Below the pieces are notes generated by a model. The model was not told the DNA's origin, did no database searches, and saw nothing but the letters and a program-made list of their open reading frames with translations. 64,000 nt of DNA from NCBI GenBank assembly GCA_041641295.1, contig JBEPYO010000001.1, positions 96,001 to 160,000 on the forward strand, written 5' to 3'. The number at the start of each line of letters is the position of its first letter. Within the stretch, counting starts at the first letter, position 1. Origin of the DNA: Nitrososphaerota archaeon. GTDB lineage: Archaea > Thermoproteota > Nitrososphaeria_A > Caldarchaeales > Calditenuaceae. The position numbers and the translations under genes were made by a program. Below, piece by piece: positions 10,219 to 19,314 of the stretch.

Positions 10219-10518
10219 AAGGTTTACCTTACAAGATAAAACAATCACAGAAAAATTTGAGATACGATTCCATGTACATATTCCACCACCGATCCGTTTT
10301 GTGGCACACTTTTTGTCTCGGAGATGCGCCGAATAGACCCAGTTTTCCAGATTGAGTGGGTGGTAAATCAAAAAGTTCTGAGATGTTGGCGGTTGACCTG
10401 TATATAAAGGGGATGGGTTATCAGGTGTTTTCAATTATTTCTGAATTGTTGGGCAGGCTTTGTTGTTCTGAGAGATTGGTTGTGATTGGTGTAAGGTTTA
10501 CCTTGTAAGGTTTATGTT
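10219..10518. repeat. Inverted and tandem boxes TGTAAGGTWWACCTT in a long intergenic region
   Basis: 10219-10249 AAGGTTTACCTTACA-AGATAAAA-CAATCACA is the inverted counterpart of 10481-10504 TGTGATTG-G-TGTAAGGTTTACCTT; a third partial copy lies at 10504-10518. Confidence 0.7.
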
Positions 10519-10725
10519 TTAACATTCTTGCTTTTTTATGGCCAATCCTTGTGGGGGCTCTTTAGGTGTGTGGAGGTGGGAGTGAAAACCGTATTTTTTA
10601 GGTGATTAACGTATTTTTTTGATAAAAATCGGCTTCATGTGCGGGCGCCTCGGCGGGCTCAATGTCTGGCCTGATACGTGGGTTCAACAACTTTATCAAT
10701 ATGTTTTACAGCGAATCCTTGAGAA

Positions 10726-11124
10726 ATGCAGGTAGAGCAAAAATCGGAAGTTGGAGTAGTAGGGAAGCACGTCTACGGTAACTTATATGACTGCGATCCA
10801 GAAGTATTGGGCGACCTTAAGCTGTTGAAGAAGCTGGTATCTGAGGCCTCCAAGATTGCCAAAATGACGCTGGTCGAGTTGAGGGGGTGGAGGTTTGGCG
10901 GTGAGAAGGGGGGAGTCTCCGTGATAGCCTTGGTGGTGGAGAGCCACCTAGCCCTCCACACGTGGCCGGGCTATAGGTATGCTACGCTGGACATATTCAC
11001 ATGTGGAGATAAAAGCGACCCCTTCAAGGCCTTTGATTACCTATGTGAGGCTCTTAAGCCTGGCAGTGTCTCTAAGCACTATGCTGACCGGTCTTCAGAT
11101 AGGCAGCAAGCAGCCGTTCCTTGA
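10726..11124 (+). CDS. Pyruvoyl-dependent arginine decarboxylase proenzyme (AdoMetDC family, crenarchaeal ArgDC type)
   Basis: ESH self-cleavage site. [24 protein letters not shown] and YADRSS match my recollection of the crenarchaeal ArgDC paralog rather than true SpeD. Confidence 0.8.
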   Translation: MQVEQKSEVGVVGKHVYGNLYDCDPEVLGDLKLLKKLVSEASKIAKMTLVELRGWRFGGEKGGVSVIALVVESHLALHTWPGYRYATLDIFTCGDKSDPFKAFDYLCEALKPGSVSKHYADRSSDRQQAAVP

Positions 11125-11187
11125 GGAGTGTATTGCCCGTCGGATGTGGGCTTAGGGTTAATTTAGGAGCGATGTATTGGGTTTTGC

Positions 11188-11724
11188 ATGATACTCTCCG
11201 ACTTTGATCTCTGGAACTATATACGTAGTGGGAGGCTTAGGGTGGAGCCTCTCAGCGAAGACATCGTGAGAGAGAATGGGCTCGACCTACGCATCGGCTT
11301 TGAGATTGGGAGGTTGAAGAAGACTCAGATGGTCTTAGACCCCCAAGAAAATAGCCCCGAAGACTTCTACATAATAGAGAGGGGGGACACGTTCCTGATA
11401 AACCCCCACGAGCACGTCTTGTTACACACAATCGAATATCTGTCCCTTCCCAAGGATATCATGGGGTTCGTAAACTTGAGGAGTAGCTATGCGCGTCTAG
11501 GACTGTCACTCCCACCCACAATTGTTGACGCTAATTTCGAGGGGCAGTTGACGATCGAGATGATAGGGAGCGAGTTCCCAGTAAAGCTAAGAGCCGGGGA
11601 GAGGTTCATCCACCTTGTATTCGCCAAGCTTACTTCAGAGGTGGAGAAGCCCTACAGGGGCAAGTACCAGGGTCAGCGGGGTGTAAGGCTGCCACAGTTT
11701 GACAGGCTGGCGCCTCCTAGATAG
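11188..11724 (+). CDS. dcd: dCTP deaminase
   Basis: [41 protein letters not shown]. Confidence 0.95.
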   Translation: MILSDFDLWNYIRSGRLRVEPLSEDIVRENGLDLRIGFEIGRLKKTQMVLDPQENSPEDFYIIERGDTFLINPHEHVLLHTIEYLSLPKDIMGFVNLRSSYARLGLSLPPTIVDANFEGQLTIEMIGSEFPVKLRAGERFIHLVFAKLTSEVEKPYRGKYQGQRGVRLPQFDRLAPPR

Positions 11725-12499
11725 TTAACTCGGTGCAGTCCCTCGCGACTACCACCTTACACCTATAACTCTGCTCCAGCGCCTGCACTATCCTATACTC
11801 CTCATGATCCCAGACAGGGTAGAGATGTGTCACAACTACGGTCTTAGGCTTCACGCGAGCCACTATTTGCGCAAGCTCCAGTTCAGATACATGCTGCCCC
11901 ACCAGCCTTTCATGGGGGAACGAACACTCGTGAACAAGCACGTCCACTCCATCAGCAAGTTTAACCAAATTCTCGCTGAATTTAGTATCACCTGAAAAGA
12001 CGAGTGAGGCTCCTTGGTATTCTAGCCGATAGGCTACCCCGCCATCATGGGCGACCGGCGCCGAGGTTAGGCGAATTCCTTCAAACTCGAAAACTCGCCA
12101 CGGCTCAACCTCCTCTATATCAACATACGACTCATACCTCATCAGCGTCTTCAAATACGAGAAGAACTCGTTGTTGTCTATGAGGATCTCTAAGAACCTT
12201 TTAAGCCCCCTCGGCCCGAAGATTCTTAACTTCTGCGGGGATTTATTGGGGAGCCCCTCTGGGGTGAATGCGCGGAGCTTCAACAGGGGGAAGATGTCTG
12301 ATACGTGGTCGATGTGGAAGTGTGTGAGAAGAACGGCCGTCAGCTTAAAGGGGGACAGTGACAAGTTCCTCATCTTCTCGAGGACTCCCGGCCCGCAATC
12401 AAGTAGGAGCCTGCTCTCTCCAGCCTCGACATAGTGTCCGGAGCCAAATCTGCTAGGGGTAGGAACTATTGAGCCTGCCCCCAATACGATGAGCTTCAA
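11717..12499 (-). CDS. Metallo-beta-lactamase-fold hydrolase (RNase Z/AtsA-like)
   Basis: LLDCG, THFHIDH, FSGDT, HECSF, THLY. Confidence 0.85.
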   Translation of the reverse strand: MKLIVLGAGSIVPTPSRFGSGHYVEAGESRLLLDCGPGVLEKMRNLSLSPFKLTAVLLTHFHIDHVSDIFPLLKLRAFTPEGLPNKSPQKLRIFGPRGLKRFLEILIDNNEFFSYLKTLMRYESYVDIEEVEPWRVFEFEGIRLTSAPVAHDGGVAYRLEYQGASLVFSGDTKFSENLVKLADGVDVLVHECSFPHERLVGQHVSELELAQIVARVKPKTVVVTHLYPVWDHEEYRIVQALEQSYRCKVVVARDCTELTI

Positions 12500-12945
12500 C
12501 CGTCCACTTCACCCTTTATTTTTGAGACCACTCTTATACCTTCGATGAAGGTGGTTGGATACTGTCCATTCTCATCCTTCTCATATTGCTTAACCACGTC
12601 CCAGATGTTGAGTAGGGCTGTTGCCACTGCGGTAAGGGCCTCCATTTCCACACCAGTTTTTTCATGAGTCTTCACCCTTGCCCTGACACCGATTCGTTGA
12701 GCCTCCTTCTCGACCCATGCATCTAACTCGACTGCCTCTATCCGGATATTATGGCAGAGTGGTAGTAGCTGTGGAGTAGTTTTCGCACCCATAACCCCGG
12801 CGAGCCTAGCTATGGTGAGGGGATCACCCTTCTCAACCTGGCCTGAGAGAATCTTCTCAATAGTCTCCCTACGAAGCCTGATATAGCCCTCTGCTATCGC
12901 CTCACGATAAGCTACAGGCTTGTCCCCCACATAAATCTGCCTCAA
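12496..12945 (-). CDS. moaC: Cyclic pyranopterin monophosphate synthase MoaC
   Basis: KGDPL, AKTTPQLLPLCH, KTGVEMEAL, IWDVVK. Confidence 0.96.
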   Translation of the reverse strand: MRQIYVGDKPVAYREAIAEGYIRLRRETIEKILSGQVEKGDPLTIARLAGVMGAKTTPQLLPLCHNIRIEAVELDAWVEKEAQRIGVRARVKTHEKTGVEMEALTAVATALLNIWDVVKQYEKDENGQYPTTFIEGIRVVSKIKGEVDG

Positions 12946-12989
12946 TGCCAGAGACTAAACCCATCTACCTGCTTAAAGACTTTCTGAAC

Positions 12990-13712
12990 TTAGCCCTTCA
13001 ACGCGGACCGTCTCAAAAGCTGTATCGCGAGGGCGGGGTCAACTCCTTTTGGGCATACTGCGCTGCAAGAACCTGCGAAGTGGCATCTCCAAACGCCTTC
13101 AAACCTGTCTACGAGTCGGACCCTCTCTTCACCACCTTCGTCTCTGCTGTCGGCGTAATATCTGTAGGCTTTCATGAGGGGCTGTGGCCCGTAGAAATCT
13201 GGGAAAGTAGAGACTACTGGGCAGGCCGAGTAGCAGAGCCCACACTGGATACAGTATGTGAATTGGAGGTATCTCTCCAGCTCCTCCTCACTTTGAAGAT
13301 ACTGCTTAGTTGGATTCTCCTGCTCTACGGTATCACGTCTAATAAGCCAAGTCATCAAGGCCTTTTGCTTTCTGAATAGAGGCGTCATATCGGTTACAAG
13401 GTCTTTTACGAGGGGGTAGTTACGCATAGGCTCAACCCTTATCGTTCTTCGCCTAAGCTCTAGAACCTGCGTGTGGCATGCCAGTGTCTCCACTCCGTTA
13501 ACCCTCACGCCGCATGAACCGCATATCGCCATCCTACAAGAGTATCTTACCGAAAGCGTGGGGTCTATATTCTCTTTTATGTAGATGAGGCCGTCGAGAA
13601 TTGTCATGCCTTTCTTTACCGGGACTTCATACTCCTTGTAGAAGCCTCTTCCCCCGTCCTCTGGCCGGTACCTAAACACCCTAAACTTAACCTTCTCCAC
13701 CAACTCCCTCAC
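12990..13712 (-). CDS. sdhB: Succinate dehydrogenase/fumarate reductase iron-sulfur subunit
   Basis: SCRMAICGSC..C (2Fe-2S), CIQCGLCYSACP (4Fe-4S), CHFAGSCSAVCP (3Fe-4S). Start placed at GTG overlapping the sdhD stop; TTG 13703 also possible. Confidence 0.95.
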   Translation of the reverse strand: MRELVEKVKFRVFRYRPEDGGRGFYKEYEVPVKKGMTILDGLIYIKENIDPTLSVRYSCRMAICGSCGVRVNGVETLACHTQVLELRRRTIRVEPMRNYPLVKDLVTDMTPLFRKQKALMTWLIRRDTVEQENPTKQYLQSEEELERYLQFTYCIQCGLCYSACPVVSTFPDFYGPQPLMKAYRYYADSRDEGGEERVRLVDRFEGVWRCHFAGSCSAVCPKGVDPALAIQLLRRSALKG

Positions 13713-14074
13713 ACCAGCGCATGTGCTATCAGTATAGTCCTTGTACCATATACCATTAAGAAAACGCCAACCGCGACTAAGAGGGCCTCTACCCACCTCT
13801 TCCTAGCGCCGATCAGCTCGGCGATGATCGTTCTCAGACCATTCATTGCGTGGACCGTAGTGCAGAGTAGGAGGCCGAATAGTGAGGCCGCCAATAAGGC
13901 ATTCCTATACACGGGCAATACTGCGTAGGGGATTGAGTCAAACCTGAGGGTTGTCTCCCAAATAGTGTCTTGGAGGGGATATGTGAAGAAGACCGTGGCG
14001 ATGTGTATCGAGCCGAAGACGAGAATCCCTATCCCAGTGATGTAGTGGAGTAGCATCAGATCGCGCTCTTTCAT
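13709..14074 (-). CDS. sdhD: Succinate dehydrogenase membrane anchor subunit D
   Basis: Three TM segments, HYITG, HAMNGLR heme-ligand motif; adjacent to sdhB. Confidence 0.85.
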   Translation of the reverse strand: MKERDLMLLHYITGIGILVFGSIHIATVFFTYPLQDTIWETTLRFDSIPYAVLPVYRNALLAASLFGLLLCTTVHAMNGLRTIIAELIGARKRWVEALLVAVGVFLMVYGTRTILIAHALV

Positions 14075-14562
14075 GGTCTAAACACCCTCGTGAGTGCGTC
14101 CAGAGTGTAAAGTAGAGCGAAGACGGCCAGGGATATGCTTAGCCAGAAAAGGGCCCTCTGCTTGGAGCTGAAGGAAGGAGGAGGTGTGAAGGGCTCCGGC
14201 CTCTTTGGGCGGCCCAGCGAAAAACCAAAATGGGCCAGTATTAGGCGGATGCCGTTTATCGTGTGGAAACCCACTAAAAATCCAATCACGGCAAGGCCCA
14301 CATCAAATATCGGGTTTTTCAGTAGTTTGACGGTCTCCTCATAAGCCCTCTCAGCAAAACTATATTCAGGGACACTCCAGACTGTAATTCCGCCGATAAA
14401 ATTACCAGTCTCTAACACATGGGCGATGAAATACAGAGAGACCACCACCCCGCTCACCCTTTGCAATACATAACTCCACCGTTCAAGACCGTATCTTCCA
14501 GGGATCAGCATTACCCTCAGTGATTGGATGACTGAGGATCTACTCACACCCCGAGCCAACAT
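14071..14562 (-). CDS. sdhC: Succinate dehydrogenase cytochrome b subunit C
   Basis: LQRVSG, YFIAH, FHTINGIRLIL motifs; three TM segments. Confidence 0.88.
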   Translation of the reverse strand: MLARGVSRSSVIQSLRVMLIPGRYGLERWSYVLQRVSGVVVSLYFIAHVLETGNFIGGITVWSVPEYSFAERAYEETVKLLKNPIFDVGLAVIGFLVGFHTINGIRLILAHFGFSLGRPKRPEPFTPPPSFSSKQRALFWLSISLAVFALLYTLDALTRVFRP

Positions 14563-14653
14563 TCCTAGTTCGTATCTAAGGCTTCAAAAATATTTTTCCA
14601 ACACGCAGCGCTGAATAGCTAAAATAACACTACCTCACACTCTTAATGGGGAG

Positions 14654-15493
14654 TTGGAGTCTTCCTTAAAGACAACCAGGCTAGTTATGGCCGTCGTAGA
14701 GATTAGGGATGAGACAGACGTGTGCAAAACCTACAAGTTTGTGAGCGCGCTCAACCAAGACATCTTCCCCTACCTGCCAGGCCAAGACGTAAAACTATAC
14801 TTCGACACCCCACTCAAGAAGAACGACTTTAGACTCTACTCGATAGCGTCCCCGCCCACCAGGAAAGGATACATGGAGCTGACAATTAAGAGCGAGCAAG
14901 GACAGTTTGCACCCTACTTTCTATCCCAAGCGAAGGTAGGCGACCAGTATGTTATCGAGGGCCCATACGGCCGTTTTCTGAGCAAACCACTCAAAATGAT
15001 TGAGAACAAGGAGCTCGACACACTAGTGTTCCTCGCGTCCTCGAGCGGCATAGTTCCCTTCCGCTGCTTCATAGAATACGCAATCGATACCGGGCTAGAC
15101 GTAGACATTTGGCTATTCTACGTAAACCGCACACGTAATGACTTGATCTACCGCCGCCTATTACCTACCCTAATGGAGCAGTACCCGAGACTCAGGCTGC
15201 TATTAAACTTCACTAGGGAGCATGAGATCGCTAAAACAGAGCTCTACGAATCGGTCTGTAATGTGAGGGATGAGATAAGGGACAGGGTTGATTTCCTGCT
15301 TGGTAGGCGGCTAGAGTTTAGCGATATCGCATCGAGGGTTGATAAGTGGAGGGATGCATGGTACGGGATATGCGGAGGAGCAAAGTTTATCGCGGGTGAT
15401 AGACAGCTGGGGCAGGACGGGATGATGCAGAAGATTGAGAAAGGTGGTGTTGAAAGGAGTAGAATCGAGATCGACTCCTATGGAACCAACTAA
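14654..15493 (+). CDS. Ferredoxin-NAD(P)+ reductase family FAD-binding oxidoreductase
   Basis: PGQ, RLYSIAS, EGPYGRF, ASSSGIVPF, ICG motifs. Confidence 0.88.
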   Translation: MESSLKTTRLVMAVVEIRDETDVCKTYKFVSALNQDIFPYLPGQDVKLYFDTPLKKNDFRLYSIASPPTRKGYMELTIKSEQGQFAPYFLSQAKVGDQYVIEGPYGRFLSKPLKMIENKELDTLVFLASSSGIVPFRCFIEYAIDTGLDVDIWLFYVNRTRNDLIYRRLLPTLMEQYPRLRLLLNFTREHEIAKTELYESVCNVRDEIRDRVDFLLGRRLEFSDIASRVDKWRDAWYGICGGAKFIAGDRQLGQDGMMQKIEKGGVERSRIEIDSYGTN

Positions 15494-15513
15494 AACGGCT
15501 TAGAGCGTATTTC

Positions 15514-16404
15514 TCATGCTGTAAGTCTTCCGTAAAGTGTTTTTATTCCCAACCAAGTCGATAATAGTTCCCCGAATAGATATGTTGCCGCGGCAGTCCC
15601 GAGTGTTAGCGCGATATTCGTTATGATTTCCTTACGAGAATCTACGTCTCGTACAACAGCCCCGTAATACGTAAAGCCGGCTATTAGAGTTATTGAAACG
15701 GCTATAGAGGCTGTAAAGGCGATGAATATGTCGGATGTCAAGAAGAATGGCAGGGCTTGGAGAATGACGGTTGAGATGTAGGTTATCCCAGTTAGTAATG
15801 CCGCCCTAAAAGGAACTATAGCTGGTGTTTGTTTTGCTTGAAGGTAGACAGCTACCCCCATTGATATTGAGGCTGCAAACCCGACGACAAGACCGGCCAT
15901 GCCCGCCAGAATGGTCACATTGGTGGCGCCCAAAAAGCCTGCATGAACCCCGCTGATCTCGATTATGGCGTCTGCGAGTCCTAAAACCACGTAGCCCAAG
16001 TATTTGATGATATTCTCTTCAATCTGTCCGATGAGCATTTTTTCATGCTCCTCTTCTTCCCTCATTATGTGGAAGAGTGTCTCCCTCTCCTTAGGGGGGA
16101 GGGCGTCGCTGAGCTCGCGATACCATCTTACAACCGACCTCTCGTGCCTTTCCAAGAGCCTTGTTATGAAGACTAGGCCCAGCAGTCTTCTGAGTGTTAT
16201 CATTAGTCCGATCCTAAGCCTTGAAGGGGGCTTAGGCTGATAATTTGTGAGTTGAAGCCAGAACATGTAGTGCTCGTATTCTTTTTTGGAGAGGTTTGAG
16301 AGTATCTCTCTACGGGTAGTATCCCTCTCTGCATCCGCGAGAGACCTATATATGACGTAGTCTTTGAATTCGTCTACAACATACTTCTTAAGCTCTGACT
16401 TCAA
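15514..16404 (-). CDS. Rubrerythrin/ferritin-like domain fused to VIT1/CCC1 transporter (MbfA-like iron exporter)
   Basis: E..H diiron motifs (EYEH, EEEH), then VLGLADAI, AASISMG and about five TM segments. Confidence 0.88.
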   Translation of the reverse strand: MKSELKKYVVDEFKDYVIYRSLADAERDTTRREILSNLSKKEYEHYMFWLQLTNYQPKPPSRLRIGLMITLRRLLGLVFITRLLERHERSVVRWYRELSDALPPKERETLFHIMREEEEHEKMLIGQIEENIIKYLGYVVLGLADAIIEISGVHAGFLGATNVTILAGMAGLVVGFAASISMGVAVYLQAKQTPAIVPFRAALLTGITYISTVILQALPFFLTSDIFIAFTASIAVSITLIAGFTYYGAVVRDVDSRKEIITNIALTLGTAAATYLFGELLSTWLGIKTLYGRLTA

Positions 16405-16467
16405 CTATTTCTGAAAAGATGCGAGGTATAATTTTTATATTGCTTCCACAGATGAGCTGCTCAGAAG

Positions 16468-16926
16468 ATGCCTCACTGGGAGTACTCTGTGAAAGGACTT
16501 GACCCAGCTACGTCGGTCAAAGCCTCTCTTAGGGAGGTTGATTTATCTCCTAAGTGGAGTCGGGAGGTCTGTGCCGCAATAAAGGGGCTGAAGCTCAAAG
16601 AAGCCAGGAGGCTTCTTGAGGACGTGGTGAAGAGGAAGAGGATGATACCATACCGGCGATATAGGAAGCTGAGGGCGCATCACTCCCAGACAAAAGGGCC
16701 TGGCGGATATCCCGTCAAGGTTGCCAAGCATCTACTAAAGCTCTTAGACTCTCTAGAAGCTAACGCCGAGTTCAAAGGCCTAGACACTGACAGGCTAGTG
16801 CTGGTGCACGCTCAGGCTCATAAGGCCAGGGTGATCAAGAAGTTTTTCCCGAGGGCCTTCGGCAGGGCGACACCACATAACAGGACATTTGTTCACATCG
16901 AGGTTGCGGCGGTCCAAGCGCCTTGA
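16468..16926 (+). CDS. rpl22: 50S ribosomal protein uL22
   Basis: SPKWSREVC, GYPVKVA, NAEFKGLD, PRAFGRA. Confidence 0.97.
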   Translation: MPHWEYSVKGLDPATSVKASLREVDLSPKWSREVCAAIKGLKLKEARRLLEDVVKRKRMIPYRRYRKLRAHHSQTKGPGGYPVKVAKHLLKLLDSLEANAEFKGLDTDRLVLVHAQAHKARVIKKFFPRAFGRATPHNRTFVHIEVAAVQAP

Positions 16927-16981
16927 ACCTTTTCCCCGGGATCAATCCTTAAATAGAGTAGGAAATGCACAATGATGTAGA

Positions 16982-17605
16982 TTGGTCACTACAACGGCGA
17001 AGATCCTTCAGAAGAATATCAAGCGTGCTGAGGTAATAGAGTTTATCAAGAATCGTCTGAAGGACGCCCTTATTGGCGACGTGTCAATAACAACCTCACC
17101 GATTGGGACAAACATTATAATCTACTGCATGAAGCCCGGCCTCGTTATAGGGACACGAGGTAAAACGATAAAGTCTCTCCAAGAGGAGGTTGAGAAGAGG
17201 TTTGGTCTCGAGAATGTTCAGATTTCTGTCTCTGAGATTGAGGTCCCTGAGCTTAACCCTGAGGTTATGGCTCAGAGGATAGCTCAGGCCATTGCGAGCG
17301 GGGTTCGGTGGAGGAGAGTTGCCTTCTGGGCTCTAAGGAGGATAATGGACGCTGGGGCGATAGGCGCAGAGACGATAATATCTGGTAAGCTAACCTCGGC
17401 CCGTTCAAGGTCGGAGAAATTCACCGCCGGGCTTATGCCCAAGTCCGGCGAGTTTGCAAAATATGTTCGGGTGGGGGTAGCTCATGTCCAGCTTGCTACA
17501 GGAATATACGGCGTGAAGGTTAAAATATATCCGCCTGACGCCCCCCTGCCTGAACAAGTATCTGTATCTGTGAAAAAGGAAGCAGAGGAATCCGGTGGTG
17601 GGTGA
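16982..17605 (+). CDS. rps3: 30S ribosomal protein uS3
   Basis: KH domain PGLVIGTRG, PELNPEVMA, ISGKL, GIYGVKVKI. Confidence 0.97.
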   Translation: MVTTTAKILQKNIKRAEVIEFIKNRLKDALIGDVSITTSPIGTNIIIYCMKPGLVIGTRGKTIKSLQEEVEKRFGLENVQISVSEIEVPELNPEVMAQRIAQAIASGVRWRRVAFWALRRIMDAGAIGAETIISGKLTSARSRSEKFTAGLMPKSGEFAKYVRVGVAHVQLATGIYGVKVKIYPPDAPLPEQVSVSVKKEAEESGGG

Positions 17606-17814
17606 GTATGGTGAGGGAGGTTAGGGAGCTGAGGGAGAAGAGTGTTGATGAGCTGAGGGAGGAGCTTGAGGCTGCGCGTACAGAACTCCGTAACCTCAAA
17701 GTCAAGCTATCTATGGCGGGACAAGGAGAAAACACTTCAAACATCCGAAATCTCAAGAGGAGAATAGCGAGGATACTGACAATACTCAAGGAAAAACAGC
17801 TTGAAAAGAAGTAA
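17602..17814 (+). CDS. rpl29: 50S ribosomal protein uL29
   Basis: ELREKSVDEL...IRNLKRRIARILT; position after rps3. Confidence 0.95.
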   Translation: MSMVREVRELREKSVDELREELEAARTELRNLKVKLSMAGQGENTSNIRNLKRRIARILTILKEKQLEKK

Positions 17815-18076
17815 AAGAATAGTTTCGCTTATCGGATACCACTGCACAGTGATTAAAAAGTCTGGCAGTAGTCGTTTCGAGGGCCTTATAGTAGGGGAGA
17901 CCGCTAACACTGTTTTATTACAAACTTGGAAGGGCCTGAAGCGGATCCCTAAGAGGGAGCATCTTTTCGAGGTCGTGGTTGGGGGTGTGAAGTTTATCGC
18001 TAATGGGGAGGATCTGGTGGGAAGACCTGCACAGAATCTTAAACGGATTAGGCATAACTGGCTTAAACGCTCCTAA
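17801..18076 (+). CDS. rnp1: Ribonuclease P protein component 1 (Rpp29)
   Basis: LIG..C.V, GLIVGETANT, IPK..H.F, G..LVGRP; canonical position between L29 and S17. Confidence 0.85.
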   Translation: MKRSKRIVSLIGYHCTVIKKSGSSRFEGLIVGETANTVLLQTWKGLKRIPKREHLFEVVVGGVKFIANGEDLVGRPAQNLKRIRHNWLKRS

Positions 18077-18151
18077 CGGGGGTAGAGTCCGAGCGTTTAT
18101 CCTTATTAAAACGGATATTGTTCTGATTTGTAAAAGGCTGGCTGAGCAGAA

Positions 18152-18505
18152 ATGTCGGGGAGACAGGTTGCGAACATAGGCATCGAAGTTAAGCCCCCAC
18201 AGGGAGAGTGTGATGACGAGAACTGCCCATTTCACGGCTCACTGAGGGTACGGGGCATAATTCTCACCGGGAGGGTTCATAAAAAGCTAATGCACAAGGC
18301 TATAGTCGTGGAGAGGATCATAACTATTTACGTCAAGAAGTATAAGCGATACATGAGGAGGCGGTCAAGGATCTCGGCACACTTACCACCCTGCATTAAT
18401 GTAGAGGTAGGCGATATTGTGAGGATTGCGGAGACTAGGCCTATCTCGAAGACCATCAGTTTTGTTGTTATTGAAAACTTGGGGAGGGGTGGGGTAAGTG
18501 TCTAA
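18152..18505 (+). CDS. rps17: 30S ribosomal protein uS17
   Basis: CDDENCPFHG, KYKRY, AHLPPC, ETRPISKT. Confidence 0.97.
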   Translation: MSGRQVANIGIEVKPPQGECDDENCPFHGSLRVRGIILTGRVHKKLMHKAIVVERIITIYVKKYKRYMRRRSRISAHLPPCINVEVGDIVRIAETRPISKTISFVVIENLGRGGVSV

Positions 18506-18932
18506 GCGGTCTAGGGCTGTTGCTGAGGTAGGTGTTCTGCTTCGGAGACCAAACATACCTAGGACCATCAATAAGGGAGCTTACGTGCTGTGTGCGGATA
18601 ACACGGGGGCGCAGGTTCTCAAGGTAATTCAGGTGATTGGGCTTAAACAGAGGCTGCGAAGACAGCCAGCCGCGGGGGTAGGCGACCTAGTGGCAGTAAC
18701 TGTGAAGAAAGGGCCTATCGACTTGAGGAAGAAGGTGATGCACGCCGTCATCATTAGGCAGAAAAAGCCCTACAGGCGTCCAGACGGGACTTGGATAGCG
18801 TTCGAGGACACTGCAGCTGTCCTTGTAACGCCTGAGGGAGATGTGAAGGGGTCTGAGATTAAGGGGCCGGTTGCCCGCGAGGCGGCTGAGAGATGGTCAA
18901 AGATCGCAAATATTGCATCGATAATAGTGTGA
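18498..18932 (+). CDS. rpl14: 50S ribosomal protein uL14
   Basis: CADNTGA, AGVGD, AVIIRQKKPYRR, IKGPVAREAA. Confidence 0.97.
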   Translation: MSKRSRAVAEVGVLLRRPNIPRTINKGAYVLCADNTGAQVLKVIQVIGLKQRLRRQPAAGVGDLVAVTVKKGPIDLRKKVMHAVIIRQKKPYRRPDGTWIAFEDTAAVLVTPEGDVKGSEIKGPVAREAAERWSKIANIASIIV

Positions 18933-18939
18933 TGGTGAG

Positions 18940-19308
18940 ATGATGAAGCAGGTATCCCAACCAAAAGATCCTTCCAAGCAAAGGCTCATGCTACATAATG
19001 CACCCAAGCATATCCTCCCCAAGCTAATGTCAGCTCACCTCTCTAAGGAATTGAGGGAAAAGTATGGGAGGCGGTCTCTCCCACTCAGGGTGGGGGATAC
19101 GGTGAAAGTGATGCGTGGTGAGTATAGTGGTGTTCAGGGAAAGGTTAAAAGAGTCAACAGAGAGAGGCAAGTGGTGTATATTGAGGGGCTTACGAGGAAG
19201 CGCGCCGATGGAAGGGTTGTCGACATACCTGTCCACGCATCAAATCTAATGATTATAGCGTTGAATCTCGACGATAAGCTTAGGAAGGAGAAGTTGGGTG
19301 AGGGGTAG
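18940..19308 (+). CDS. rpl24: 50S ribosomal protein uL24
   Basis: LSKELREKYG, KOW motif GDTVKVMRG, HASN. Confidence 0.97.
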   Translation: MMKQVSQPKDPSKQRLMLHNAPKHILPKLMSAHLSKELREKYGRRSLPLRVGDTVKVMRGEYSGVQGKVKRVNRERQVVYIEGLTRKRADGRVVDIPVHASNLMIIALNLDDKLRKEKLGEG

Positions 19309-19314
19309 GGGGGC

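Noticed and set aside
10345-10415. Canonical ORB elements (TTCCAG at 10345; AAAGGGG near 10406)
   Set aside because: Only fragments of the ORB consensus, not joined into a full box; not enough to call an Orc1-dependent origin.
10066-10434. 122-aa minus-strand ORF crossing the intergenic locus
   Set aside because: Overlaps the 91-aa gene in another frame, runs through its promoter and the repeat box, and has no protein-like features.
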